A stretch of DNA of 64,000 nucleotides from Eledone cirrhosa (GCA_964016885.1 OZ024745.1:117490001-117554000), one strand, 5' to 3'. Counted from the stretch's first letter, positions 1 through 13,030 are shown. Numbers and translations are program-made. The notes: generated from the sequence alone by a model not told the origin.

Positions 1-874
1 AAAAAAATTATGCTCTTACATGTCTATGGAAAGAAGATGGTAAGAGTGTGTGTGAAAGAGAGAACTAAAAGAGCAATTCATTTAATGAAAAATACTGTTT
101 ATCCTGAAACTTTAAATGAGTAAAATATTCCATTTTGTTAGTTTCAGTCATTTGTTAAATTTATTTGATTTATTTTGTTATATTGTATATATTTTTTATG
201 TGTATATATGTATTTATAAATAAACCATTTAAAAAGACGTAGTTATATTTAATACTTGGTGGTTGTTTCAAGTGAAAGGTGCCCAGCAGTAGAAACCATG
301 CCAAATTGAAATGTATGAGCAAGACTCATTCATTTGATCTGTCTAGCCACAGATATCTAACCTATGAAAGCATGGAAAATAGACATAAAACCATGATGTT
401 GATTATAATAAATATATACATATTTTAATCTATAAATATTTTATGATATATATGTTGTATATACAATATGACATTTATTCTTTTGCTCTTTTACTGGTTT
501 CATGGAGTGTAACCATGCTGGAGCATTGCCTTAAAGAGTTTAATTGATCATATTTTACCCCAATATTTATTCACCTAAATAAGCTCACAATGACATGCCA
601 TTAGGTTAAATTCTTGTCCTCATAGATGCTCTAATGCTGTGCTGAGGGACAGCAGGGTTAGGGAGGGAGGGAGAGAGAGATGTGGGGGAATCAAAGGAGA
701 CAAAAGGAGAAGATTTTTTCAACATTTATTGCACATGTGTATGTCTTGTTAACCCTTTCGTGATTGTATCTCTAAAAAAATGCACTCTATTTCATATAAT
801 TAATTCTAAGAGATATACTAAAATTACTTATTATTTCATGATCAAGATAGAAACTTAACATATGATTATTATAT

Positions 875-1080
875 GTGGATTGGCAGTATCGGTAGAGTCA
901 GATACCATGCTTTGCAGCATAGAGTTACGGTCCTTTACGGTCTGAGTTCAAATCCCGCTGAGGTTAACTTTTCATCCTTACGGGGTCGATAAAATAAAGC
1001 ACCAGTAACGTACTGGGATCTATTTAATCGACTTCCCCTCCCCCCAAATTACTGGCCTTGTGCCTATACTAGAAATCATT
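875..1080 (+). mobile_element. tRNA-derived SINE family A (Nin/Deu-like central domain)
   Basis: A box TGGCAGTATCGG, B box GAGTTCAAATCCC, core TTTCATCCTTACGGGGTCGATAAAATAAAG; many copies in the window. Confidence 0.85.
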
Positions 1081-1579
1081 ATATAATATTATGTAAGTTG
1101 ATTTTTTATTTAAATAGCAATCCATTAAAATGGGTGATTGTGTTTCCTAGAACCAGGGTCAGTTTTGGCTTGGTTGGTATCAAAAGGGTTAACTCTTCAT
1201 TTACTGTCCATCTCGTTCTCTGATGCCCTTACATCTCTGTATCACGTACCCATTCTTCACCCACTTTCTGTCTATTCACCCTCTTTCCACCTACCCTATT
1301 TTTACTTTCACCACCCACACTCTACACATCCCTTCACTCTCTTTCCACCCACACGTTCTCTACCTACCCTCTCTACAGTGGAATCAAACATGTCACCACA
1401 TGGTTAACCATGGAGCTATGCCTGTGCTCATAGAATATTTTTATGTGAGTTTGTGACATATCAGATACTAGGACGTTTAGTCTCACTGACGAATTAATAA
1501 AGAATGGTGGTCTGTGATGATATGTGGTTGAACAGAGTAGTTCATCCCATACCAGTGGGAACCTCGCCCCAAAGGTTAA

Positions 1580-1890
1580 GAGGACTCTTTAGTTGTGTCA
1601 AAGACATGACAACATCCCTAGTGCTGGTGATGCACAAGAAACATACCCAGTACACTCTGTAAAGTAGTTGTTGATAGGAGAGGATACCCAGCCGTAGAAA
1701 ACTTGCCAAACCAAGTGTTGGGAGGACTCTTCAGTTGTCTCAAAAGCCTGCCAACCTCCATACTGCTGGTGATCTACACAATAAATGCACCCAATATACT
1801 CTGTAAAGTGGCTGGTGATAGGAATGACATCCAGCCATAAAAACCCTGCCAAACAAAGGGTCAGGAAAACTCTTCAGCTGTGTCAAAGAT
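1580..1890 (+). repeat. Degenerate direct repeats of about 140 bp, related to the RTE 3' UTR motif
   Basis: GGACTCTT..AGTTGTGTCAAAG recurs near 1581, 1723 and 1868; related copy on the minus strand at about 8540-8820. Confidence 0.55.
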
Positions 1891-2599
1891 AAAATAACCC
1901 CCCCCCCCTCCTCCCCTGCCGGTGATGGTGCCATGGACTCGGTAGAGAGCAGGAACATATGTAAGCACATGGTAGAGTGTAGGAATGCATGAAATGCAGA
2001 CCCTCGGCCCATGTGAAAGGTCTTTAGGTCCACTCTGTGGCAACCTTTGACAGCAAAGGAAATCAGATATTAAATATTAAATTATGATGATAATATCAGC
2101 ATTGAAAAACAACCCTTGAAATATGTTTGTGTGAATAGTTAAGAAGTTTGTTTTGCAATAAGGTCCCAGGTTTAATCACACATGTCACCTTAAGAAAGTG
2201 TCAGCTTCCTTGTAGTAAAATTGGGGAGAAGGACTGTATCAGTGATTGTGAAGGCCAGCCTTGTCATTTGTCTATTGATTTTGCTTAATCATTATGTTAA
2301 GAAAACTAATATCTCTGGCATACTCTAACATAATTCAATGGGTGGTTACATTGATGAAACAAGTAGAACAGTTAGTCATGCTGAAGAATCTATTTACTTT
2401 TTACATTTAATATAAGATTAGAGCTGTGAATAACATCACTATTACAACTATTTTTATCATCATCATTATCATCACCCCCACCACTACTACCACCAGTGCT
2501 GCCACCGCCACCACCACCACCACTATTATCATATACAAATTTGTACCTCTGATAAACTTCTACTGCTGACTGCTACTGCAAGCAGCAGTCTGCTGGAAT

Positions 2600-2720
2600 A
2601 GAGTTGTCTCATTGATTGGGTCTTTTAGCATTCATGTGTGAGAGACGGCAGCAGCCAGAACTGTAGAAGCACTATATCTTGTTCTTTTTATTTCTCCCCT
2701 GCTCTGTCCGTTCAGTAGAA
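2600..2720 (+). promoter_or_regulatory. Possible promoter/TSS region of the first exon
   Basis: Non-repetitive sequence with ATTGG (reverse CCAAT) near 2615 and Inr-like TCAGT at 2712-2716, about 90 bp before the ATG; short motifs only. Confidence 0.25.
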
Positions 2721-2800
2721 CTAGTGATAGATATGGTGTTTTTAATCTGCTTCGAAGTAATCATGGATATAACTGAAAAGCCTTTCAATTGACAATAAAA

Positions 2801-2850
2801 ATGAATAGCTTTCATAAAGTTGTCATAGAAGCTATCAAGGCACAAAAAGG
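2801..2850 (+). CDS. IRAG/LRMP: Candidate first coding exon of IRAG/LRMP-family gene (MNSFHKVVIEAIKAQK-G)
   Basis: AAAA-ATG at 2801, in-frame upstream TGA at 2774-2776, donor GG|gtaggt in phase 2, matching the single leading T of exon 3665. Confidence 0.6.
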
Positions 2851-3140
2851 GTAGGTAGTTTCTTTAAGAAAATCTAGAAATATTGTGCTATTTTATAGTG
2901 AAATAAGCTGTGAAGCATGTTGACCGATAGCTATCAAAATAGAAATGTTTTATTATGTTAAAATGACAATATTTAAAATTTAACATAGATTATTATATTG
3001 CTTTATTTATATTGCTTGTCTCTTTACTTCTTAAGATATATAATGAAGTATGATATAATGCATACGTTTGTAACCCATGCCCCATATAAATGTGTGTATG
3101 TGTTTGCATGTGTATATACGCATATATAGGTGTTATATAT

Positions 3141-3565
3141 ATATACACACACATATGTACACACATACATATACACATACATACATACTTATATACATAC
3201 ATACATAGACACACACATACATACGCACACACACATACATACATACACCCATACTTATATACATACACAGACACAATCACACACATACATACATATATAC
3301 AAACATATATACACACATACATACATAGACACAAACACACATACATACATACATACACACACACATACATACATACACACTCATACATACACATTCATAC
3401 ATACACACATACACACACACATACATACATTCACACTTACACACACACATACACATGTACATACATACATACATACATATATATATACACACACACACAT
3501 ACACTCATGCATACATGCATTCATTCATACATACATTGATACATATATACATACAGACAGACAGA
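3141..3565. repeat. (CATA)n/(CA)n compound microsatellite
   Basis: Directly visible; source of the spurious HTYI/CMYV ORFs. Confidence 0.95.
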
Positions 3566-3664
3566 GAGTAGAGATTACTTCGAAAATCGACCCTTATAGT
3601 CCTAAATGTTTACATATGTAATTTGCTATGTATGTATATTAATTTATCTTTTATCGATTTTTAG

Positions 3665-3695
3665 TTCTGAAGATTTGACTGAACAGGAAACTGAG
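3665..3695 (+). CDS. IRAG/LRMP: IRAG/LRMP-family exon (SEDLTEQETE)
   Basis: tttttag acceptor, GAG|gtgagc donor; acidic segment just before the conserved coiled coil; phase 0 joins exon 15006. Confidence 0.8.
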
Positions 3696-4561
3696 GTGAG
3701 CTTTCTTATAATCTTTCTTTAATACTTTATAACTGTAATTCAGTTTATTTAATTCAATTATATAAATTCAATATTCTATATTTATTGATTTTTGTTCAAT
3801 TTATTGTCAAGTTTTTAAAAATGTCTTTATAAACTAGAAACTAGAAACAGCAGTTACTTATTCTATGGGTGGAATAAATAAAATAAAATGCGTTATTCAA
3901 TGTGGTATTAGAGTTTTCTAAATTGTTGATTATCTTCTCTACATACCATACTTTAAATCACATAAGCTTCCTAAAGAAATCATATTGTTATTTTTAAGTT
4001 TGACCTAAATTTAAAAGATGTGTTCTGTTGTAAGAATTACAGTCACACTTACTTAGAAATGTGGATATTATTATAAAGCCTAGTTTAATTTGAACAAAAG
4101 TCATCTATTACATCTATTAATTACTGTGTGTGCGCACACACACACACACACATATACTCACATACACACACGTGTTTGTATGAATATATATATATATAGA
4201 CTACGACTGTCATACACAATCAAGTATGATTTGGTGGTATGCTGGTAGGTATGTGCCATGCTTTCACTCAGGGTTTTAGCACTCATGAGCAGTTTTATAT
4301 AATTGTAAGCAAACACAGAGCCTTTCTTGATCCTCCCTTCCTTGATCCAGCAGAATATTAGGGGTGTGACAGCTGGAGGGAGAGAGAGCTGCTACTTCCT
4401 TTATTGATGTCAAATGGATTAAAGGCAATGTGTATCTCAGAAGAATTGGAACCCAGAGTACAGAGAACTGGAACAAATATCTAAAGCTCTAATGACTCTG
4501 TCAAATCGACTACACTGTGTGTATGTGCGTGCGTGTGTGTGTGTAAAAATATTTACATAAT

Positions 4562-4720
4562 AGGCACAGGCATTACTGTGTGGTTAAGGAGTTTGCTTTG
4601 CAATCACAAGGTTTCGGGTTCAATCCCAAAGCATGGTGCCCTGGGCAATTGTCTGCTATAACTTCTGGTTGATCACTATTTTGTGAGGGAAATTTGTTAG
4701 ACGGAGAATATGCAGAAATG
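4562..4720 (+). mobile_element. tRNA-derived SINE family C (degenerate)
   Basis: GGCACAGG..TGTGTGGTTAAG..GGTTCAATCCC..CCCTGGGCAA head; weaker copy near 2135-2230. Confidence 0.6.
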
Positions 4721-4833
4721 CATTATATGCATACATATATGTGTGTGTGTGAGCGCGTCATATTATATTATATCATGTTATGTTATGTTATATTATTATA
4801 TATCATGTTATGTTATATTATTATATATTATGT

Positions 4834-5020
4834 GGTGGATTGGCAGTATCGGTAGAGGATCGGACGCCATGCTTTGCAGCAAAGAGTTACTGCCCTTTAT
4901 GGTCTGAGTTCAAATCCCGCCAAGGTTAACTTTGCCTTTAATCCTTACAGGGTTGATAAAATAAAGTACCAGTAATACACTGGGATAATTGCTGGCCTTG
5001 TGCCAAAAGTAGAAACAATT
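4834..5020 (+). mobile_element. SINE family A copy
   Basis: Same head, core and GCTGGCCTTGTGCC..AGAAACAATT tail; flanked by (ATATT)n. Confidence 0.85.
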
Positions 5021-5145
5021 ATTATATATTATGTTATGTTATATTATATTATATATTATATTAGTATATGTTATATTATATTAGTATATGTTATATTATA
5101 TTATATTATTATATAATATATTATTGAATATTATATTATACTATT

Positions 5146-6760
5146 GTACCAGGAAGAGGCACCACTGATGCCCTCTTCCTTGGGAGGCAGTTACAGGAAA
5201 AGTACCTAGCTAAAAGTAAGCCACTCTACCTGGCATTCGTCGATCTCGAGAAAGCCTTTGACAGAGTTCCACGTGCTATAATCTGGTGGGCTCTTAGAAA
5301 ACAAGGACTAGATGAATGGCTTGTGAAAGCTGTACAAGCCATGTATAGGGGAGCAGTCAGCAAAGTTAGGATTAGCAATGAGTATAGCGAGGAATTTAGC
5401 GTACAGGTTGGTGTCCACCAGGGCTCTGTTCTTAGCCCTCTCCTGTTCATCGTAGTCCTGCAGGCAATAACAGAAGAGTTTAAGACCGGATGCCCATGGG
5501 AACTCCTGTATGCTGATGACCTCGCACTTATAGCTGAATCTATGGTAGAACTAGAGAAGAAATTCCAAACTTGGAAGCAGGGACTAGAAAGAAAGGGTTT
5601 CAAAGTCAACATGACAAAGAATAAGGTCCTTGTAAGTAGACGAGAAAACAGACCCCAGATCCCCTCAGGGAAATGGCCTTGCTCAGTATGTAGGAAAGGT
5701 GTAGGTGGGAACTCCATTCTCTGCCCCAAATACAAACAATGGGTACACAAGAGATGTAGCGGGATCTCAGGAAGCTTAATTAAGAATGTAGGCTTCACAT
5801 GTAGCAGCTGTGCTGGGACAGCAAGCAGCAAACAGCCACAGGAAACAAGTACCACCAATCTCTGGGAGGGCTCTGTAGAAACAGTAGACAGCTTCTGCTA
5901 CCTAGGTGACCGAATTAGCAGCGGAGGTGGGTGTTCAGAAAGTACAATAACTAGGGTAAGAACGGGATGGAAGAAGTTTAGGGAACTACTACCACTGCTA
6001 GCTGCAAAAGGGTTCTCCCTCAAAATGAAAGGCAGACTGCGTGTATCCGAACAGCAATGTTACATGGTAGTGAGACCTGGGCGCTGAAGGTGGAAGACTG
6101 ACATAGATTAGAAAGAAACAAAGCCTGCATGCTCCGATGGATGTGTAATAGTAATATACGCGAACGGCAAAGCATAAATGAATTGAGAGAGAAACTGAGC
6201 ATAAGAGGAATCAAATGCTGTGTGCAGGAGAGGTGGTTATGTTGGTATGGACATGTGATGCGTATGAAGGATGACAGTTGCATAAAAAAGTGCAGTGCAC
6301 TAGAAGTCAATGGAAACCGCGGAGTGGGGAGACCTAAGAAGACCTGGGATGAGGTGATAAAAGCCGACCTTACCCAATTACACCTCTCAAAGGCGATGTC
6401 ACACGACCGTGACCTCTGGCGTCACGCAGTAATACAGAGTACACGACCTCCCATGGGTACAAGCTGAAGCATATAGACAATATGCCCCCACACCCTCCCA
6501 CTGCAAAGTGGTCGTGGAGGTGCCACGGCAAAAAAGCACCCAGCCCACACTGTAAAGTGGACGTGTAGGCGCCACGGAAAAAAGCACCCAGCACTCACTG
6601 TAAATGAGGTAGGTGTTAGGAAGGGCATCAAGCCAAAATCAGTTCCTGTATGAGCAAGGCATGATCAGCCGACCAGACACTGCCCTCAACAGGACAACCT
6701 GTCTAACCCATGCTAGCATGGAAGAACGGACGTAAAACAGTGATGATGATGATGGTGATG
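5146..6760 (+). mobile_element. 5'-truncated RTE-clade LINE (RT, C-terminus, 3' UTR, (GAT)n tail)
   Basis: FVDLEKAFDRVP, GVHQGSVLSPLLF, YADD, FCYLG and WYGHVMR motifs; frameshift near 6040; stop at 6467. Confidence 0.95.
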
Positions 6761-6779
6761 ACTATATTATCATATATCA

Positions 6780-6780
6780 T

Positions 6781-6815
<35 letters not shown>

Positions 6816-7342
6816 TTTATGTCCGCTTTTCCCTGTTTGCAAGGGTGGGACGGGTCCTCTTCAGCATAGCATCTCTCCATTCATCACGGTCCTTCCGCAT
6901 CTCCTCTGTGAGCTTCAGTGATCTGAGGTCAACTCTCACCACCTCCGCCCATGATCTTCGTGGTCTTCCTCTACTGCGTCTTCCTTCTACTGGGATTTCT
7001 TAGCACTTCTTTACCCAGCGGTCATCTTCCATGCACATCACATGTCCATACCAACGCAGTCTTCTCTCCCGCACACTACAACTTATCCCTCTTAAACACA
7101 GCTTCTCTCTCAACACATCCATGCTTGGTCGTTCACGTACATTGACATTGCACATCCAGCGGAGCATGCTTGCTTCATTTCTCTCCAGCCGTCGCATATC
7201 CTCCGCAATTGCTGCCCATGTTTCACTACCATGCAGCATCGGGCATCTCACACAGGCATCATATAACCAGCCTTTCGTTCGTAGGGAGAAACCCTTCTTT
7301 GTCAACAGAGGAAGCAGCTCCCTAAACTTCTTCCAACCCATC
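6780..7342 (-). mobile_element. RTE LINE 3' fragment, tail-to-tail with the preceding copy
   Basis: GWKKFRELLPLL, MLHGSETW, RLRWYGHV; (ATC)n tail. Confidence 0.92.
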
Positions 7343-7747
7343 CTTATTATATTATATTCCCGCCGAGGTTAACTTTGCCTTTCATCCTTACGGGGTCGAT
7401 AAAATAAAGTACCAGTAATACACTGTGTAATTGCTGGCCTTGTGCCAGAAGTAGAAACAATTATATTTTATTTTATTTTCTGTGTTTAAACATCTAGAAT
7501 GATATGAAAATATATTTTGACTGATAGGATAAAAAATTTTTTATATTTATCAGATATGTTGCATTTATGGAAATTGCTTTCCATAAAGTTTTATCATAAT
7601 TTAGTGAAATAGCTTTTATTTGTCTGGTTTATATTGACGTCAATATTTGCCGCCTTTAAGGACAATAAAATACCAGTCAATCTACTGGATCCGTTGAAAG
7701 TAGTTCCTTAGTATGGCTGCAGTCCAGTGACTGAAACCACTTAAAGA

Positions 7748-8155
7748 ATCATCATCATCATCATCACCGTCCATTTTTCCATGCTAGGATGGGTTAGATG
7801 AGTTGTCCTGTTGTGAGGAATGCCAGGTCAAATGACTATGTCTTGCTCATTCAGAACTGGTTTCTACAGCTGGATGCCCTTCCTAACACCAGCCACGTTT
7901 ACAGTGAGTACTGGGTGCTTTTTGCTATGACACATACACGATCACTTTACATTGTGGACTGATTGCTATTTATCGTGACACCTACATGACCACCTTACAG
8001 TGTGGGCTGGGCACTTTTTGCTATGTCACCATCACAACCTCTTTACAGTGTAGACAGGGTTCTTTTTGTTGTGTCACCATAATGACCACTTTACAGTGTA
8101 GACTGGGTGCTTTTTGTTGTGTCGCCATCACAACCACTTTACAGTGTGAACTGGA
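7748..8155 (-). mobile_element. RTE 3' UTR fragment with about six 48-bp tandem units
   Basis: (ATC)n tail, GGATGCCCTTCCTAAC motif, repeated CACTTTACAGTGTG. Confidence 0.8.
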
Positions 8156-8949
8156 GGATAATTATAATAATAAATATAAGAATATGTGTTTATCAGTTTG
8201 TTAAGATTATGAATTTATCAAAACTGAAATTAAGCATGGATTATTTCATTTTATGAATAATGGATCACTAAGAATTTTATATGCTTTGAAAAGAATTACT
8301 TAATGCATCTGGTACAGTAATGTTATTAAAGTAATTAAATGATTACCATCATCATCATCATTTAACATTCATTGTTCCTGCTAGCAAGGGTTGGATGCAT
8401 CTTCATAGACCAAGTCAGTATTCAAGTGGGACAACAAATATCTCAGATGGGCTTGGTGGTGGTGGTGGTGGAGAGGGACATCTCGCTTACATACAATTGC
8501 GTGCTCTACTGAATGCGGCACCTGCATTAAGAAGGATAAGCTGAAGGGTCCTCCCAACCCTTTGTTTAGCAGCTTTTCTCCAGCTGGATGTCCTTCTTAC
8601 CACCAACCACTTTACAGGGTGTACTGAAGGATCACCAACACTAGGGATGTTGTCATGTATGTCTTTCACACAACTGAAAAGTCCTCATGACCCTTTGTTT
8701 GGCAAGCTTTCTACAGCTAAATGCCATTCCTATCACCAGCCACTTTACAATATGTACTGGTGTGTTTATCATGGAGATCAATACTAGTGAATTTGTCATT
8801 CTATTAACACAACTGAAAGTAGCTACTAAGGAGTGATGATGAAAGTAGCTACTAAGGAGTGACAGGGTATGGTGATGGTGAGGCAACTACTGGAGTGGGA
8901 TTAGGGCACAGGTAATATTTTATGCTGGTAGGCTGGTCTTCTCCATTAC

Positions 8950-9640
8950 AGCATGTTGCCAATTCTTGTGGTCGTTTGTCATTTCTGTTGTGAGCTTCAG
9001 ATTTTTTAGGCTGGTCTTCACTACCTCACCCCAAGTCTTCCTAGGTTTGACTCTTACATGGGTCTCAACCACTGAGATTCTCTGCACTTATTTATACAGC
9101 TGTCATTTTCCATACACATCACATGTTCATACCAACACAGTTTTCTCTCTCTCTCTCTCTTGCACACAACATCCAATTCCTCAGTTCGTTTATGCTACAT
9201 CATTCATGTATGTTAACATTACACATCCATCAGGGCATATTCACTTCATTTCTTTCTAGTCTTTGCAAGTTTTCTGCTATTAAAGCCCAGATTAGGTCAC
9301 CTAGGTAACAAAAGCTATCAACAACTTCTAATGAGCCTCCCTGGCAACTAAGGGAATCTATTTCATATGTACTATTGTTTACTTTTCCTGTGCATCTGCT
9401 GCATACAAAGTCTATTTTCTTCTTTAACTTGGCTGTAATCCCACTATATCTCTTGTGCATCAATAGCTTACACTGTGTGCACCGATATATCATTCAAGGC
9501 CACTTCCCTCATGTTATCAGCTTCTTGTCCTTCTTATTTAAGAATTTAGTCTTTACTAAGTTTATTTTTAGATCGTTTGACTCTAGGTTTTTCTTGCATG
9601 CTTGGAATTTTGCCACTATCTCTCTAATGGTCATCATGCC
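8950..9640 (-). mobile_element. Decayed RTE LINE fragment
   Basis: CTQCKLLMHKRYSG..FVCSRC..VDSFCYLGD in ORF 9230-9493. Confidence 0.85.
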
Positions 9641-10250
9641 AGCACATACTAATTACAAAATATATGGAATAGAATTTTTTTTAATGTATTCTTTTGTAAA
9701 TATCATCATCTCAATTGTATGTCTGCTTTCCATGCTGGCATGGGTTGAATGAATCTTTATGGTTTTAGTCTAGACAGATTGGAGGATCATGTTCTAGTAT
9801 GTTTCATTTTTTTTACTTGATTTCTCCGTCTGGATGCCTTTCTTAATACTAATCACTTTAGAGAGTGTGCTGTTTGCATTTTATTGTGACACCAGCACTA
9901 GTGAACTTGTCTTGACACAGTTGATGAGTCCTCTCTATCCTTTTTTTTAGCATGGTCTCTATGGCTATTATGTCCTCAGCTGAGCTAGAAGGTACATTTT
10001 ATGATAGCATCAACATTAGTAGAGTGGCCTTGTCTCTCACAAGACTCAAGAGTAATGACCACCCTACAGATGTTTCCTTGTGTACTGCAAGACTCAAGTG
10101 TCCTTACTGCCATTCATTCTCTCTGTTCATTCAAAGTAATATAACTAAAAGGGTGAATAGAAGAGAGGGATTATGATGGGAGAAACAATGATTGTAATTA
10201 GAGGTTGACGGAGGGGAGAGTGTTGGAAGGAATAATAGAACAGAGACAAT

Positions 10251-10463
10251 AATGGCAGGGAGTAAGAATATATTGGGAGAAACAGTGTAGACAGTTGAGT
10301 AATGGAAGGGAGTAAGAATATATTGGGAGAAACAGTGTAGACAGTTGAGTAATGGAAGGGAGTAAGAATATATTGGGAGAAACAGTGTAGACAGTTGAGT
10401 AATGGAAGGGAGTAAGAATATATTGGGAGAAACAGTGTAGACAGTTGAGTAATGGAAGGGAGT
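10251..10463. repeat. 50-bp minisatellite, four identical units
   Basis: AGTAAGAATATATTGGGAGAAACAGTGTAGACAGTTGAGTAATGGAAGGG at 10261, 10311, 10361 and 10411. Confidence 0.97.
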
Positions 10464-12112
10464 TAGTACTGGATAGAGTAATGGGAACTACATGTTTCCT
10501 GGTGAGAGAGACAGGGACGGTGTGAGAGAGCATGAGTGATAGATATCAATAAGAAATAGTGACATTGAAGAGAGCGGGTGATGGCTAGAGTACAAAAATG
10601 GTGATGTCAGATAAGATAATGAGGTAAAGAGATGTAGACTGATAAGGGTGGAAGAATGTGTACAGAAAGAACGAATGACATTACTCATTACATCAGTTGC
10701 ATGGTCCAATAAATAGGAGAATGGATGAGCATCAGAGAGATGAGATGGTTAGATAGATCCAATGTCACTCCTACTTAGTAGTATGTTATAGTAAATATGA
10801 GAGAGGTGGGGGGATGGAGAGTAATATATGGAAGGGAATCAAAAAGGTGGCGTGGCAGTTTATGGAAGCTTGAGAGGGAGATATTGGGTAGGAAACCGAA
10901 ATGTAGATATACTTCCCAGCCTCCATCACTACCACTATTTTAGCATTTATTTTGCCATGCTTGCACAGATGGGTAAATTTTCTTCAGTGCTACATCTTAC
11001 CAATCATCATAGTCCTATGTCATCTCATTCTTTAGACTCAGTTTCCTGAGAATAATCCTCACCATTTCAGCCCATGTCTTGGGTTTACATTTTTGTACAG
11101 CTGTCATTCTCTTTACACAATACAGCTCATATCAGTGCAGTTTTCTGCTTTGTACACTACATTTTTCTCTCAGCTCATTTGTGCTTCATTGTTCATGTAT
11201 AGTGCACATCCAGTGAGGCATGTTCACTTCATATTTTCTAGTCTTTGCTAATAGTTTGGATTCAATGCACACCTCTTTAAGTATAGTAACTAATGTTTTA
11301 TGCTTTTTGATAAAACATAATCATATCATTAATAAAATAAATGCTAGTGATGTTGATCACATCGTTATGAAGCTTCACATTAGCAGAAAATAGGAATTTG
11401 GGATGTATATGCTTTTCCATCAATTGTTGCAGCATGTATAAAACAACATCATACTTTTTCAATCATCATCAAAATGATTTGATGTCTTGAATCCTGAGAG
11501 AACCTGACATGCTCCATAAAGGACATTTTTTGCAAAAGAAAAAGTACAGTTAGTTGAATCAATCACTATACATTACTGATTTTGAATCTATCCACCTTAG
11601 ATTGATGGAGTTTTATTAAGATTTGAACATATATCAGTAATTTCAATTAAAAACCACGTAGTGGTTGTAATTGAAACTTGGCTAAATATAGGAATATTGA
11701 ATTCTGTCTTGTTTTTTGATCTGCTAACTGTTCAATAAATAGCAATAAAATAAATGCCATACTAATTACTGGAGTTAGCATAAATTAAAACCATTGAAGG
11801 CAGTGCCCCAGCATGATCGCAGTCAAGGGACTGAAACTAGCAAAAGAATGAATTAATATTCTAGTGATCAGAATATCTGACATTTGATTTTTAATATCCA
11901 ATTTAAAAGACATTGATGTTTCCAATTTTAAGTGCTTTACCATAGCAGATTCAATTTTGCAGCCAATTATAACCCTAAGCTTCATGTCACAATAACTGAC
12001 TATATTTGTTGGTTTTGAATTTATGATATACAAAATGGTATCAGGAAATTCACAGACTAAGCCTAAAAAGATGTACACCTGACCATCAACAAATAATGTA
12101 TTTTGTGTATTA

Positions 12113-12298
12113 TAGGTAAAATTTCGTTTTAACGAATACCATTATAACGAATGGTTCAGTATAATGACATTTTTTTCAATCCCCAAGGTAGTAACAATCA
12201 AACACTCGATTTGTTCTGGTCGATCTTGTTATAAAGAATTTTTCGTTACAATGAACTTTTTTTATACCTGTGAATTTCATTATAACGGAATTTCACTG
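12113..12298. mobile_element. Tigger/pogo-like MITE
   Basis: Imperfect TIRs (GGTAAAATTTCGTTTTAACGAA / TTATAACGGAATTTCACTG) flanked by TA. Confidence 0.6.
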
Positions 12299-12696
12299 TA
12301 TTTGGGCACCTTTTCTTTGGGAATGTATATATCAATCCCAGTATATCTTTTATATCTCAAAAGCACTGCTTAAGTTATCTTTCAGATAGCCATCCAATAC
12401 TGTCTGCAATTCCAATTTTACTATCTCAAAGCGGTTCGCCTTAAATTTTAATTTCCTTTTGAGAAATACAGCATGTTTATTAAATAATTAAGAAACTGTT
12501 GATATGCAAAGTGACAACATTTTTTGAAGAAAATCAATAGTTTGTCATCTCTAATTTGATTTCACTAAGAACTAGATAGAAATCAGTGAGGCATTAACAG
12601 CAAGATTATAGAGGAGGAGTGTGGGTAGTAGATAGAGTGACATGAGAACCTTAATAACAACCAGAGCAACAGTACAACAGGAAGAAATAAGGGATC

Positions 12697-13030
12697 TTCT
12701 TTTTCTTCTTCTCCTTCTCCTCCTCCTTCTTCTTCTTCTTCTTCTTCTTAGGAAGGTCATGGGGACAGAGTCCTCAAACACTCCTTCCAGTGGGTCCTGT
12801 CAAAAGAAATTGTTTCCAAATTATCCAAGCTCATGGATGCTATCCAACCATCTTACTCAAGGTCTACTCCTGGGTCTCCTGTCAGTTGGTTTTGCTCATA
12901 AAATCTGTCCAGCAATTCTAACATCATGTCCATTGTGTTGGAGCTGTGATCTCTCAATTTGGAGAAGTAGTGGCTCTACCTGTAGTGACTCTCTGATCTC
13001 CGAGCTATGCACTCTATCCTCAATTCAGGT
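12697..13030 (-). mobile_element. RTE (Expander/Rex3-like) 3' end with (GAA)n tail
   Basis: VEPLLLQIERSQ motif on the minus strand; homologous to 32785-33125. Confidence 0.7.

Noticed and set aside
875-965. tRNA gene
   Set aside because: A and B boxes belong to a multi-copy SINE head; no full cloverleaf
1480-1510. CTGACGA motif
   Set aside because: No stem II or GAAA partner
5323-6467. Active retrotransposon or domesticated RT gene
   Set aside because: 5'-truncated, no endonuclease domain, frameshift near 6040 and a finger cysteine lost
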